From the NCBI GenBank assembly GCA_964188305.1, contig OZ076903.1: a stretch of DNA of 64,000 nucleotides. One strand, 5' to 3'. Position 1 is the stretch's first letter, and every line of letters begins with the position of its first letter. Source of the DNA: Podarcis bocagei. Lineage: Eukaryota. The position numbers were made by a program, and so were the translations under genes. The notes below the pieces were generated by a model. That model did no database searches. It was not told the origin of the DNA and was given only the letters and a program-made list of their open reading frames with translations. Shown here piece after piece: positions 1-11,942 of this stretch.

Positions 1-1417
1 AAAGGAGTCTGAGATGGCTTTCCAGGATATTGCTGCAATATGCATTTTGTCATGTCCTAGCTCGTCTTCCAAGCCAAACTGTCATGTTTAGGTGAATGAG
101 AGCAGGATGAGGCAGGACTGAGCCTAGGATGCAACATACTTTACAGTCTGTAAGCATGGTAAAACGCTGAGAAGCCAGCTGAGCAGGACCTCTGGTATCA
201 ATGAGAGGAGTGTCCTGCTGCTACAGGATGCTGTCTTCCATTGAAGGAAAACCTAGCCCCTCCTCTTCTGCCATTCTTGTAAAGTGGGTTCTCTTGTTAC
301 AGTTACAGCTCTTTTGTTTCATTTCTTTGTGAATTTTGTGTATTTGTTTGTATTCACATTTGAAAGTGAATATATAGGCTGTTGATTGAAATGCGCATCT
401 TTGATTTCTTTTCCTCTTATTTTAGAAATATTTGTTTTGTTTTTCTTCCACAAAGAGAATTCAAAGTAGCTCAAGGCAATAGAATACAAATAATCCATAC
501 AACATCAAATAGCATGATAAAACATTTGAATAGAATCAGCAAACAGAACAGTTTAGCTTTCCCTAAAGGCCTCTTTAAAGAGCCAGGTATTCTTTGTATA
601 TCAGAGGGCACATGGGAGAGAAGGTGGTCTTTAAACTACCCAGGTTGCAACCTGCTTAGGGCTTTAAAATTAAGAAACAGCACCTTGATTTGAGCTGGTA
701 ACCAATGCAGATCAAATGGTATCGGAGGACATATGGCAACCCTAGCTTAGCCCACATCCAATCCTTAACTTCCTATGTTACTATATATCCATAGATCCTA
801 CTTTTCTTCTTCTTTTGCCTAACACTCCTCCACCCTGTTATGGCTCATAAGGCCAACTTTTCCCCCACGGCACTCCCGGAGGCTGACCCTGAACCACTTC
901 TTCTTAGTCCCATATTCTGACCCCCCTGTCTTGCTGTTTCATCCACTCACCCTGCCATCTCCCTTGAATTTTCCCAGGGCCCACCCAGTTTTTATTGCTT
1001 CCCAATAGAGGGGACTTTGAAGATGAGAGAAAGCTTATTGTTCTATAAAGGGAGAGAGGGTGCTGTAGCTCAGTAACTCAGGTGAGTAAAACAGATACCC
1101 CTAAACGTGGTGATGCCTTGGCAGCCAAACATTTCTATCTGGGCAACTTGCAGGGGAAGTCACTAGTATATCCCAGGTTTCATAAAAGCCACCAGTGATC
1201 CCAGGAAGCAGAGTGTGCCTGTTTTGTAATGATGGCAAGCTGTTGCACTCAGCGTGATGCGTTGGAGTGGAGGTGTAACAGTAAACACACTGCACCTTCT
1301 GCTCTTTCCCTATAAAATGATTGCACTAGAAAACGGGGGGGGGGGGGAGGTCACAGTGCCTTTGTGGAGCAGGAAGCAAGGCAGCTAAGCATCACTGGTT
1401 ACAGGAAAAAAAGGGAT

Positions 1418-2413
1418 GGTTATGAAGTCCAGCCCCAAATATGCAGACCCTAATCAAGCAGTATATCACCTGTATGTGATTTTTAGCTTTGCCAATTCCA
1501 AAAACCCTCCGAACCCAGGTCTCAGGAGAATTTTTAATAGGTATGTGCCAGCAGTTACTGGGTCCCTCAGCCTTCCTTGTATAAACCCAAGTTTAGGTAT
1601 CTTTACTACTTCAATTTTCTGGTGCCACCAGTTCACTCAGAATACCTTTGAAACCTTCAGGTAAAGTAGGCTTAGGCATGAAGTGGACACCAGCACAAGA
1701 GAAAGGATGACAGTTAAACTAAAATGGTTGGTTTATTAAAGGGATACTAACTGTATTCATAAGGGAATGCTGGTACTTATAACTGGGTCTTAGATGTGCT
1801 CGATGGCTATTTCTAAAAACTCAAGAGACACTGTTGCTAATCCTCACCTCTTTTAGCTCAGATCAGATTGCCTAAACCTCTGCCCCAGCCAGTTACTCCA
1901 CAGCCAAGTTGAGCTCCTGGGGACAATCTGTCCTGTATCCCAAAACTCCTCTGTACACCGGCTGCCTGGACCAGAAACCACTGTGTCATCTTCCTCTGGT
2001 GGGACCTTTATGCATTTCAGCCTCTCTGACTAACTCTGCCACCAGACACCTTCCCTGATCTTCCACAGACAAATAGCAGTACCGGACTGGATATTAATAC
2101 ATGGGCCTCAGTTTTTCCTTCAGCAGTTCTCTGGTCGTCTTCATTGACCCAGCATCTCAGCTGTTCCCCTCCCAGCTGTCTCTCTGGCTGACTCTTAACT
2201 CCCAAGGGACAGTTAGCTTCACACCTGGTGTCTCTAGCCAATCAGAGTCTGCTGTCACCCCGACCAATCAGACTGAATTTACCTGGCTCAGGCACTGCCT
2301 GATAAAATCTTAAAGCAATACTCCCTCTCTCTCCCCTGTCAGAACCTGTCACCAAGAACTACTGCTACACAGGCTTGCAGCAGCATAACGACACGAGGTT
2401 TCAAACTGTCACA
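1418..2413 (-). mobile_element. Possible solo LTR (Gypsy/ERV-like), degraded
   Basis: About 1-kb segment ending ...ctgtcaca and starting (g)gttatg; flanks ggat/gaat could be a mutated 4-bp TSD; minus-strand AATAAA near 1732-1737. Inference only. Confidence 0.35.
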
Positions 2414-2995
2414 GAATGATTTTCCATTCCAAACAGGAACATAAGCATTTTTCCATGCCATGCTCCACATCATATCTGTTTACCCTCATCTACATCACTT
2501 ATATGATGTATGACATCAGATCTCTTTGGGAGGTGGAATTCCACTGTGCTTGTATTTTACAGGTGTTGTAGGCAATTAGCTCAAGGTCAGGTAGGGCAGA
2601 ATTGATTGTTGCTGACAATTTTGCTTACTGTTCTTGGGAATCAGAAACCCAAGCTGAAACATGGCAGATCTAACAGAGATCTTCCAATAGATCTTGATAT
2701 TCTGCCCAGCAGTGATGCATGCCATTCTTTTTCTTATTTCTACTCTGATATTATGGTACTAAAGTGTTTTTTTTTAAAAAAAACACACATTTAAAGAGCA
2801 CATGTTTGTCCTTAAGAGGTTTTAGTAAGCAGTGCCCTCTTTAAGGAAAACACAATCTTTTAAGAAATATATGTATTTATGTTTCAAACAGAATGATAAA
2901 CATTTAATTATCTACCCATATTTGACTTGCATGATGTGTAAATGAGGCTATCTTAAACTTTCATGGTTTTGCTATTTTTTTTCTTGCTGTCTCTC

Positions 2996-3014
2996 TTCTG
3001 CCACCTGGTGGGCA
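2996..3014 (-). promoter_or_regulatory. Candidate CTCF site
   Basis: Minus strand reads gcCCACCAGGTGGCAGaa, matching the CTCF core CCACCAGGTGGCA. Confidence 0.5.
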
Positions 3015-5267
3015 AATGTATAATTTTATCTCTCTAATAGAATCTTACTGCATTTCTATTGTTTATCAGGGGCTGCTATTAGGTACAGTTTTGTTCTACC
3101 GGTAATCAGTTTTATTTTTCCATCTTAAATAAGCGATCACATTTTGTTACCAAACTATCTGCGTCAGTGTGATTGTTTAATATGACTATGTTGCCTATGT
3201 TATGTGGTTGCAAAACTACCTTGTAATACTCCTGGAAAGTTCTTTTATTAGCATTTCACTGAAGCTGTTAACAATTAGAAGGGTTAAATAACTGTTTCTG
3301 ATTGAATATGTATAACAGTTCTAAATATAGCATTAAAATTATATATCCTCTCTAGATAGGACCAACGTATAAAAAATTTATAACAGAATTGCAGTCTAAT
3401 CTTATAATTTAGTGGAAGATCTGTTTTAAGAAAATCTGATTAAATCTTGTCTCTGTTTTCCACTGAAAATCTACTGCAAAAATGAATTTAATTGCACTAG
3501 AAATGGAATATGGCCAGCAGAGTGGTTTTGAGAGTTCTGTAAAATTAAGCAATTAAACAAAATGTATCTGATTCGCGCACCACCACCCCCAGCTCACATT
3601 GGTCGTTCTGTATTAAGTGAGGGTGATAAGATGATGAAATGTTGGAGCATTCTTATTTTTAGACATTTTTCTTTAAGAATACCTCAAGGTTCATACTACA
3701 CATTAGACCTATTGAATTCTTCAAGAAACAATTCCATGACCAGATTAGTTAATATTTTCATTTGAAGCTTTTATAGTAGGAGTGGTTTTGGTGAAACTTA
3801 ATGGGTTTGCCAACTTTGAGTTGTTACCAACACTGCTGAGGACTGGGGAAATTATCATAGATAAACAGAACGGCTGGGATCCAAAGAGCTATTTTAGGAA
3901 CACCATGGGATTTAGTCTACACAGTGCTCCTTCAAAAACAAAACGCTCCCACACCACAAACTGCTTTTGAAAGGCTGCTTAGTAGAAAAGTAGTTTGAAC
4001 ATAGCCGGTTAGTGGGTATGAATCAAACTGGTATTTGGGAAAAGAAGTCCATTCGCCCTTGAATATCTCAAACTAGTTTCATAGTTCTTTAGCTCTCAGC
4101 CAGTGACTCCATGGTTTGATCTAGTGGAAATGGGGCTAGCGGTGTTGTTTTTAAACCAATCAAACAATTTATTGTTGTAACTAAAATGAGTCCCCACAGC
4201 CACAACAAGGATAAAGCAACCTCTTGCAAATGCACTGTTTACAGTATAGGCTTCTATGAACCTGATCAGTGTCTTGATGGCTACCACAAATACTGTCGCT
4301 CATAATGATTGAAAGTCTGTCTTAACTAAATCATCAGATTCTCCTGTAGCTGAGAATTGGGATCCATGATATGGGATTGTCTCCGCCCATCTCGCCACTG
4401 ACAGGAACTCTTTTTAAAAAAAACTTTGAGGATACTTCCGGGGAGAGACAAACCCCTTGCCTCTGTTCCATTTCCGGCCTTCACCAGAAGGGAGGGTTAC
4501 AGGATAGAGTTCGACCAATTCCCTCCCCCTCACTTCATTTCCTCCCCACATTCCCCAAAAACACAAAAGCCTCAGCAAAGGCGTCCTTTGGGAGAAGAGT
4601 GCTCAAGGAGGAGGTTGGGTCCACAGGGGCTCCCACCCATAGCTGTCAACCGTCCCTTATTTGGCGGGAAACTCCCTTATCCCAGCGCCGTGTCCCGCTG
4701 CTGTCCCTTATTGATGATGTTCCTTAAATTTCCCGGGTTTCAAAGGAAGCAGCTCCTCTCCCTCCCTCCCTCCCTGCCGGCCAGGGAGGAGGGAGGCTCC
4801 AACTGTGTTGCTTGGCTGCGTTGCTCACCCAATAAGGAGTCTAAGAATGACTGGGGGGTGGAGCTTGCATGCCTTGTGCCGATCAAATTGGCCGCATTGC
4901 CTGGGGACTCGCCTTTGCTCAGTGCTTTCCAGCGGAGAGGTGATGGTGCTTTTCCTTGCTGCATCCCCTTTGCTGGGTTGCTGCGCTGTGGGAACCACTG
5001 CTTGAGGCTTCGTTTGGCTGCTGGCTGGGCTTTCTGCCTTTGGCTCGGAGGGGTTCAGAAGTTGAACATACCTGTGCTTGGAAAATCCCTTATTTTGGCT
5101 GCTGATCCCTTATTATCAAGGCTGCTGGTCCCTTATTTTCAAATTTGTAAGTTGACAGCTATGCTCCCACCTGACCTGGACATTGCAGCGATACATCCCA
5201 TATCATGGATCCCACTTACTGTGATAAGTTTCTTCTCTGTAGGGAGAATTGGGATCCGGCCCTCCCA

Positions 5268-8200
5268 GGTGCGGCTGTGTGCACAGGGGAGGGAGGTATG
5301 GCGGTGGGGGCAGATGTTATAGGCGAAGGGGATCGAGATATGGATACGCTCGTACCCCTTCCAATCTGCGCCCCATCCCGAGGGACGATGGTAGGGTGAG
5401 CAAGGATTACTCACCTCTGTCACTGGTGCTGTGCAATGCCATGTCTATAGGCAATAAAACTGCCACCCTGCGGGATTTCTTTATCTCGCAGGGGGTCGAC
5501 CTGGCTTGTGTGATGGAGACCTGGGTGCGCGAAGGGGCAACTTACCTTACGAGAGATGGCGCCCCCGGGTTTCTCCGTCCTCCACCAGTCGCGGACTGTG
5601 GGCCGGGGGGAGGGGTGGCATTATTAATCTGGGAAGATTGTCCTTTCAGGGCTCTACCATCGCCATCGATCCCTGGCATCGAATGTATTGGCCTAGTGTG
5701 GGGCTCCGAGGAGGGCTTGGCTATCTGGCTGGTGTACCGGCCACCTAGCGCACCAGCAGCCACCCTGTCAGGCCTGCTGGAGGCGGTGGCCGGCTGGGCC
5801 TTGGAGTTCCCTAACCTATTGGTATTGGGGGACTTTAACATCCATGCTGATGCCACTCCCTCCTCACAGGCTCTGGACCTGGTGTCTTCCATGGCGACAC
5901 TAGGGCTATCCCAGTTTGTTTCGGGCCCCACACATCAAGCAGGCCACACGCTGGATTTGATCTTTGGCATAGGTATAGATGTGATCATGTCTCCTTCGAT
6001 GAAGGTGCCATGGTCTGATCACTATGCTCTGAAAACCAGGATTGACTTTCCACCCCCACCCTGCTTAGGTGGCGAGCCGATTTGGGCTCGCCCGCAGAGG
6101 CTGATGGACCCTGATAGATTCCGTCAAGCCTTGCGGGACCTTGCTTCCCCTGGCGACTCATTGACTGAGCTTGTTGAGGGCTGGAATACCCAGCTCCTGG
6201 CAGCCATCGATGAGATCACACCTAAGCGCCCTCTGCGACCCCGCAGAAACCGGGCTCCCTGGTTTACTGAGGAGCTCCGGAAAATGAAGCGGGATCTCAG
6301 ACGGCTAGAGCGAGTATGGCGGGGTGCCCGTGACGGAACCTCAAGAACACCTTATAGGGCTTTTGTGAAAACCTATGAGATGGCGGTGAAGGCTGCTAAG
6401 AAGTCATACTTCTCTGCCTCCATTGCATCTGCTAGCTCTCGCCGAGCGCAATTATTTAGTATAATCAGGTCTTTAACGTCCCTTGTGGGACAGCCAAATT
6501 TAAATAACAATTTGACACACAGCTGTGAGGCATTTGCGAGCTTTTATGCGGAGAAGGTCTTGTTGCTCCGCCATGACCTCCCTGCCAATTTGGATACAAT
6601 AAAGGAACTAGAGGCCCCTCGATTGTCCTCGGGTCCAGTATTGGACCATTTCAACCGGATATCCTCAGCCGATGTGGACAGACTCCTCCGAGCTGGAAAG
6701 CCCACCACCTGTCCTCTCGACCCGTGCCCGTCTTGGCTGATTAGAGCGTGTCCAGACGAGGTGCGGGCCCTCCTGGGGGATATCATCAATTTGTCCCTTG
6801 GCACGGGGACATTCCCAGGGGAACTGAAGGAGGCAGTGGTGTGCCCGCTCTTAAAGAAAACATCATTAGATCCTTTAGATCTATCCAATTACCGCCCGGT
6901 TTCGAATCTTCCGTTCCTGGGTAAGGTGATTGAGAGAGCGGTTGCTGAACAGCTTGGTGGGTTTCTGGATGAAACATCGGCTCTGGATCCATTCCAGTTC
7001 GGCTTCTGCGCTGGTCATGGGACCGAGACGGCTCTGGTTGCCCTAACAGATGGTCTTCGTAGACAGCTGGATCGAGGCGGGTCGGGGCTGCTGATTCTTC
7101 TAGATCTGTCAGCAGCTTTCAACATGGTCGATCACGAACTTCTGGACCACCACCTTGCCGACGTGGGGATTCAGGGCACAGTCCTTCAATGGCTGCGCTC
7201 GTTTCTCTCTGGTCGGGGACAGAGGGTGGCGCTTGGGGGGGAATTGTCATCGCGCCACTCCTTGGGGTGTGGAGTACCTCTCTCTCCCCGATACTCTCCC
7301 CGATGCTTTTCAACATCTTTATGCGCCCCCTCGCCCAGCTTGTTCGGAGTTTTGGGCTGGGTTGCCATCAGTATGCCGATGACACCCAACTCTATCTGTT
7401 GATGGATGGCCATCCTGACTCGGCCCCAGACACACTGACCAGATGTTTGGAAGCTGTGGCTGGATGGTTACGTGGGAGCCGGTTGAAGCTAAATCCTTCA
7501 AAGACAGAGGTCCTGTGGCTGGGACGGGACGATATGGGATTGGGGGGGGCAACTCCCATCTCTTGCGGGGGTGCAATTAGTGCCAGCACCGTCCGTTAAG
7601 AGTTTGGGTGTAATCTTCGACACCTCCCTTTCCACGGAGGCGCAGATTGCAGCTATAACAAAGGCGGCATTTTCCCATCTCCGCCAAGCTAAGCAGTTGG
7701 CTCCTTACCTCTCTCGCCCTGACCTAGCCACTGTGATCCATGCGACGGTCACCTCCAGACTGGATTATTGTAACTCGCTCTACATGGGGCTGCCCTTGAG
7801 ACTGACCCAGAAACTCCAGCGGGTGCAGAATGCTGCAGCAAGACTCCTTACAAGGTCTTCGCTGCGAGATCACATTCACCCGGTGCTATACCAGCTGCAC
7901 TGGCTCCCGGTGGAGTACAGGATCAGGTTTAAGGTGCTGGTTTTAACCTTTAAAGCCCTATACGGCCTAGGACCCTCGTACCTACGGGACCGCCTCTCCT
8001 GGTATGCCCCACAGAGAAACTTACGGTCTTCAAATAAAAACATCTTGAAGGTCCCAGGCCACAGAGAGGTTAGGGTGGCCTCAACTAGAGCCAGGGCTTT
8101 TTCGGCTGTGGCTCCGATCTGGTGGAACACTCTGTCACAAGAGACCAGGGCCCTGCGGGACTTGACATCTTTCCGCAGGGCCTGCAAGACAGAGCTGTTC

Positions 8201-8405
8201 CACCAGGCCTTTGGCCAGGGCACAGCCTGACTCCCTCCCTCGGCAATTTTCGCGGCGCTCTGGCCCAATGGTTGCCAGTGGCTTGAATTAATTAATTTTA
8301 TAATGAATGATTTTAGAATGTTGTTTATGCTGTACTTTTGTGCTGTTTTATTGTTGTTAGCCGCCCTGAGCCCGGCTTCGGCTGGGGAGGGCGGGATATA
8401 AATAA

Positions 8406-8472
<67 letters not shown>
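5268..8472 (+). mobile_element. L2-clade LINE, 5'-truncated near the ORF2 start; near-complete ORF2 (APE endonuclease + RT) with frameshifts, 3'UTR and (TTA)n tail
   Basis: APE motifs ETW, YRPP, GDFN, HTLDL, SDH; RT motifs NYRPVSNL, LDLSAAF, YADD (7372-7383), LKLNPSKTE; L2 C-terminus SRLDYCN and LHWLPVEYRIRFK; stop at 8228-8230; ORFs 5249..7402, 7189..7599 and 7571..8230. The 5' boundary is approximate. Confidence 0.93.
8408..8472 (+). repeat. (TTA)n microsatellite, tail of the L2
   Basis: About 21 TTA units directly after the L2 3'UTR. Confidence 0.95.
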
Positions 8473-9284
8473 GGACGCTGCATCTCAGAGGGTTGCCCAG
8501 AGTGGCATGAGACTTTGCCCCAAGGTCCGGGGGCCTCCGATCTTTCCTTCCCAGCTTTTCTTCCTCTTCAACCCATATCGGGGTTATTTCCCTTCTCCCC
8601 TTCACCTGTGCTAGTTACAGGGGCCAGTAGGAATTTTTCCTTTCATGCAGTGAACAGAGGGGCATGTTCCATTGAAATCACTGTATTCCTCTCCTGTTCC
8701 TTAGTTGTTATTTATGGCTGTAACTACTTGCTTAAGCAGGAGCGGCACTGGAACAAGGGGCTTGTCTCTCCCCTGAAATATCCTCATAGCTTTTTTTTTA
8801 AGACTTCCTGCCACTGGTGAGATGGACGGAGACAACCCCATATCATGGATCCTAGTTCTCCCTACAGATAAGGAACTTATCACGATAAGTATCAGCGTTC
8901 ATTTTATCTTGATATAGGATCAGAACAAATAGAGTTGTGAAGCACATAATTTCATACCATGTCAATTTTCCATGTGCCACAAAGACATAGCAAGTATATA
9001 TCAGAAATTTTGAAATCTTCAGATACAGGAAGGTTTGGAACCTTAAAGGTTGCTATGGTATTTAAAAATGGGGGGGGGGCGTTATACTAGAGCAATGGAA
9101 ATCAGTCATCACCAGTAAAGGGAACTTCGTTGTACAGAGGCAGTATATGTTGAGAAAGGCAAGAGTGGAAGGCTGTAGCCTTTGTGGTAACCCCTGTGCT
9201 CTTCTGCCAACAAGTCTGGGTGTTGTGCTGCAAAGGAACAAAAGGGACTGAGTTGGGCTCCTGTTTTGCACCCTGAGCTGGAGA

Positions 9285-9743
9285 ATAGTGGACATCCAGT
9301 GAAGCCACTAAGCCAGACAACTTTAAAAGAGGATTAGACAGATCCATAGAGGAGAGGGCTGTCTGTGGCTGTAGCCAAGATCAGTGGCGTAGCGTGGGGG
9401 GTGCAGGGGGAGCCGGCCGCACCAGGCGCAACATCTGGGGGTTAGGGTTAGGGGGCGCAAATCCACGGGTTAGGGGGTGCAAATTACTTGCCTTGCCCCG
9501 GGTGCTGACAACCCACGCTACGCCACTGGCCAAGATGTCTCGGCTCTGTCTCCACAGTTGGCAGCAGCAGAGCTTCTGAATGCCACTTGCAGGAAACCGC
9601 AGAAGGGAAGAGTGCATTTGCGCTTGTATCCTGTGTGCAGGTTTCCCACTGGCTTCTGGTTGGCCACGGTGAGAACAGGATGCTGGGCTAGATGGGCTGT
9701 TGGTCTGATCCAGCCGCCTCGTCTTCCGTTCTTGTGTTCTTAA
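9285..9743 (+). mobile_element. CR1-type LINE 3' end, interrupted by a hAT MITE
   Basis: tttaaaagaggattagac...gagaacaggatgctgggctagatggg...ggtctgatccagc...ttcttgtgttctta, typical of squamate CR1 3' termini. Confidence 0.65.
9382..9528. mobile_element. hAT-type MITE with internal TTAGGG motifs
   Basis: 17-bp perfect TIR CAGTGGCGTAGCGTGGG; perfect 8-bp TSD GCCAAGAT (9374-9381 and 9529-9536). Confidence 0.9.
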
Positions 9744-11289
9744 TTGTTATGGTCTCCCTTACCAGTCTTCAGGGCCGCATGCAAAGATGTCTCTAAGTTT
9801 GTATTTGTTTGCATTAGAAAACTTCTAATTAAAGGATGTAATCTTGTTTTAGCATCTGAAAATGTGAGGCATGTTTCACATAAATGTGTAACGGTGAAAC
9901 AAAGCTTATGTTTAGCTTTACACGATAACATTCTATTTTTCAGCAGAAAGCAATCTATCATGGCAAAATATTAGAATGTTTTGCATTGTCCAAACATAAT
10001 ATTGACATATAGGTCATCTTAGTTGACTGCTGAAGGTAATTAGCTTTCTCTGTTTTTTAGAAAAACAGATAAGACATTCATTGCATTTTCAGTCATCACA
10101 ATAATATAAAATGTGTCTAACTTCTGCAGTTCCTTAAACTGATTTAGTGCCAATTGCTTACAGTACAAGCAATGAAAGTGACAAGCATTTTTGTGCTGCA
10201 AAAGCAGGCATGATTGACAGCCAAGCTCTTTTTTTTCATGAGAGGCAGCAATATTGGAGTACTTTAAAATGGCCTAGCTATATAAAACTTAAAACTGCCA
10301 GGTCCTGGTAATATTTGAATAATGGTTGTCACTTGAACTTTTCTTAGGGGTGAGAACTAATGTCATTTTCCCCTGTCAAAAAACTCCAGGTACAGAAGCC
10401 ATGTAAATACACTTGTCAGATGTAGCATAACACATCCCCTTGAGTGGCTGTAGCACTTCAATCTCTGCTTCCCTGCCTTCTCTCCTCCCATCTTTTATTA
10501 AACTCATACATCGTGGATGTGGTTGCATACCTGCATAGAAGTGGGCCTGAAAGTATGTAATCAGCATAACAGTTTGTGCATGAAGTGACAAAAAGTGTTG
10601 TGGCAACTTAAAAATGAGTGAGATAACAGGAATATTTTGTAGGCAATAACCTAGTAAACTAATTTCTCTGCTTTGGAAACTGCTACAAAGCTTAGCAGAG
10701 TGGTGACATAGTACAAGGTGATTTGTTTGGTGAAAATTGGAATCTAATAACATGATAGAGCAATGATGCAGTTGCTTCATCCACATGACCTGAGAAAGGA
10801 AAAAAGCTCACTGTATTCACTCAAGCTGTATTTCATAAGATCGTTGTCCCTCTTTAGGGACAACCTAGAAATGGCATTGGAGATGGGGAATGCATTTGTC
10901 TTGTGCTGTGTTTATTTTGTTGCTAAAAGTAGCTGCAAGTGATGGGAGGAATTTAGCTTGGACTGGCAGCAGAGGGAAAAGGATAGGCTGGAGCTGGTAT
11001 CACCTTGTCCCTCAACACTGGTGCCCTGATGCAAATCTCCCAGTCCAGGAGCTGCTTTTAGCAGTAAAGACAAACACATATAACCACCTATTGTGTCTGC
11101 ATGTTCCCCCCTGTGCAGCTGGCAGCAGCTGTCATTGGCATTTGATGGAAGCTATATAATGAAGGTGCCAGACATACTTCTGTGCTGACTGAATGTGACA
11201 ATGTATGGGCTCATCTCTGTGCTAAAGGGGCTATAGGTGCCAAACCAGCCAGGATTGGGAACAGGCACTCATTGCCACCAAGGCCACCT

Positions 11290-11470
11290 GAACATCTAGT
11301 GACAATGTTGGACCCAGGAGTATTCTGGAGCTATGGACTTCTCCTTCCAGGAGAGGGCCACTCTGTCCAGAACAGGCTCTCTTCCCACCTCCTGTTGGTT
11401 GAGAATATGTAGCCCCTGTACCTTTTCCGGATTCAGCTTCAATTTACTGGTCCACATCCAGCGCATCACC
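11290..11470 (-). mobile_element. Old L2 RT fragment
   Basis: Minus-strand peptide WM...KLKLNPEK (ORF 11296..11478). Confidence 0.6.
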
Positions 11471-11480
11471 ACCTCCAAGC

Positions 11481-11690
11481 GGTGGGAAGGTAAACGGCAT
11501 TTCCGTGCGCTCTGGTTTCCGTCACGGTGTCCTGTTGTGCCAGAAGCAGTTTAGTCCTGCTGGCCATATGACCTGGAAAGCTGTCTGTGGACAAACACTG
11601 GCTCCGTCGGCCTGAAACGAGATGAGCTCCGCACCTCATAGTCACCTCTAACTGGACTTAACCATCCAGGGGTCCTTTACCTTTACCTTT
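11481..11690 (-). mobile_element. Sauria SINE, partial, older subfamily
   Basis: Ends ggggtcctttacctttacct (reverse complement of the AAAGGTAAAGG start); contains gctggccatatgacc and ggaaggtaaacggc motifs shared with the other copies. Confidence 0.75.
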
Positions 11691-11728
11691 TTACCATTCT
11701 TACCTAATAGGACAGCTCACATAATATA

Positions 11729-11942
11729 CAGTGTTCCCTTGGTACTTGAACGGGTTGGTTCCTGAACCAATCGGTTCCCAAACGCTGCAAACCCGGAAGT
11801 GAGTGTTCCGGTTTGCAAACATTTTTCAGAAGCCGAACATCCTGCAGCTTCCGCGGCTTCTGATTGAGTGCAGGAAGCTCCTGCAGCCAACCAGAAGCCA
11901 TGTCTCGGTTTTCGAACAGTTTTGGGAGTCAAGGTACCACTG
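11729..11942. mobile_element. Tc1/mariner (Tigger/pogo-like) MITE
   Basis: TA-cagtgttccctt...aaggtaccactg-TA; imperfect TIR and TA TSD. Confidence 0.75.

Larger units (their letters stand above)
4339..8905 (+). mobile_element. Non-autonomous DIRS1-like tyrosine-recombinase retrotransposon (about 1.35 kb once the nested L2 is removed)
   Basis: Left ITR ~4339-4500 is the imperfect reverse complement of ~8715-8868. ICR at 5195-5257 is complementary to both outer ends. Right extension ends ...cttatcacgataagtatcagcgttcatttt. No RT or YR ORF of its own was recognised. Confidence 0.75.

Noticed and set aside
4426-5322. 298-aa ORF as a host gene or DIRS gag
   Set aside because: No recognisable domain; it runs through the ITR and ICR; probably a chance ORF in GC-rich sequence.
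5249-7402. 717-aa ORF as an intact or domesticated RT gene
   Set aside because: It is L2 ORF2 with out-of-frame segments and a disrupted PQG motif; YADD lies in another frame.
8338-8820. Poly-Ile ORF
   Set aside because: Translation of the (TTA)n L2 tail.
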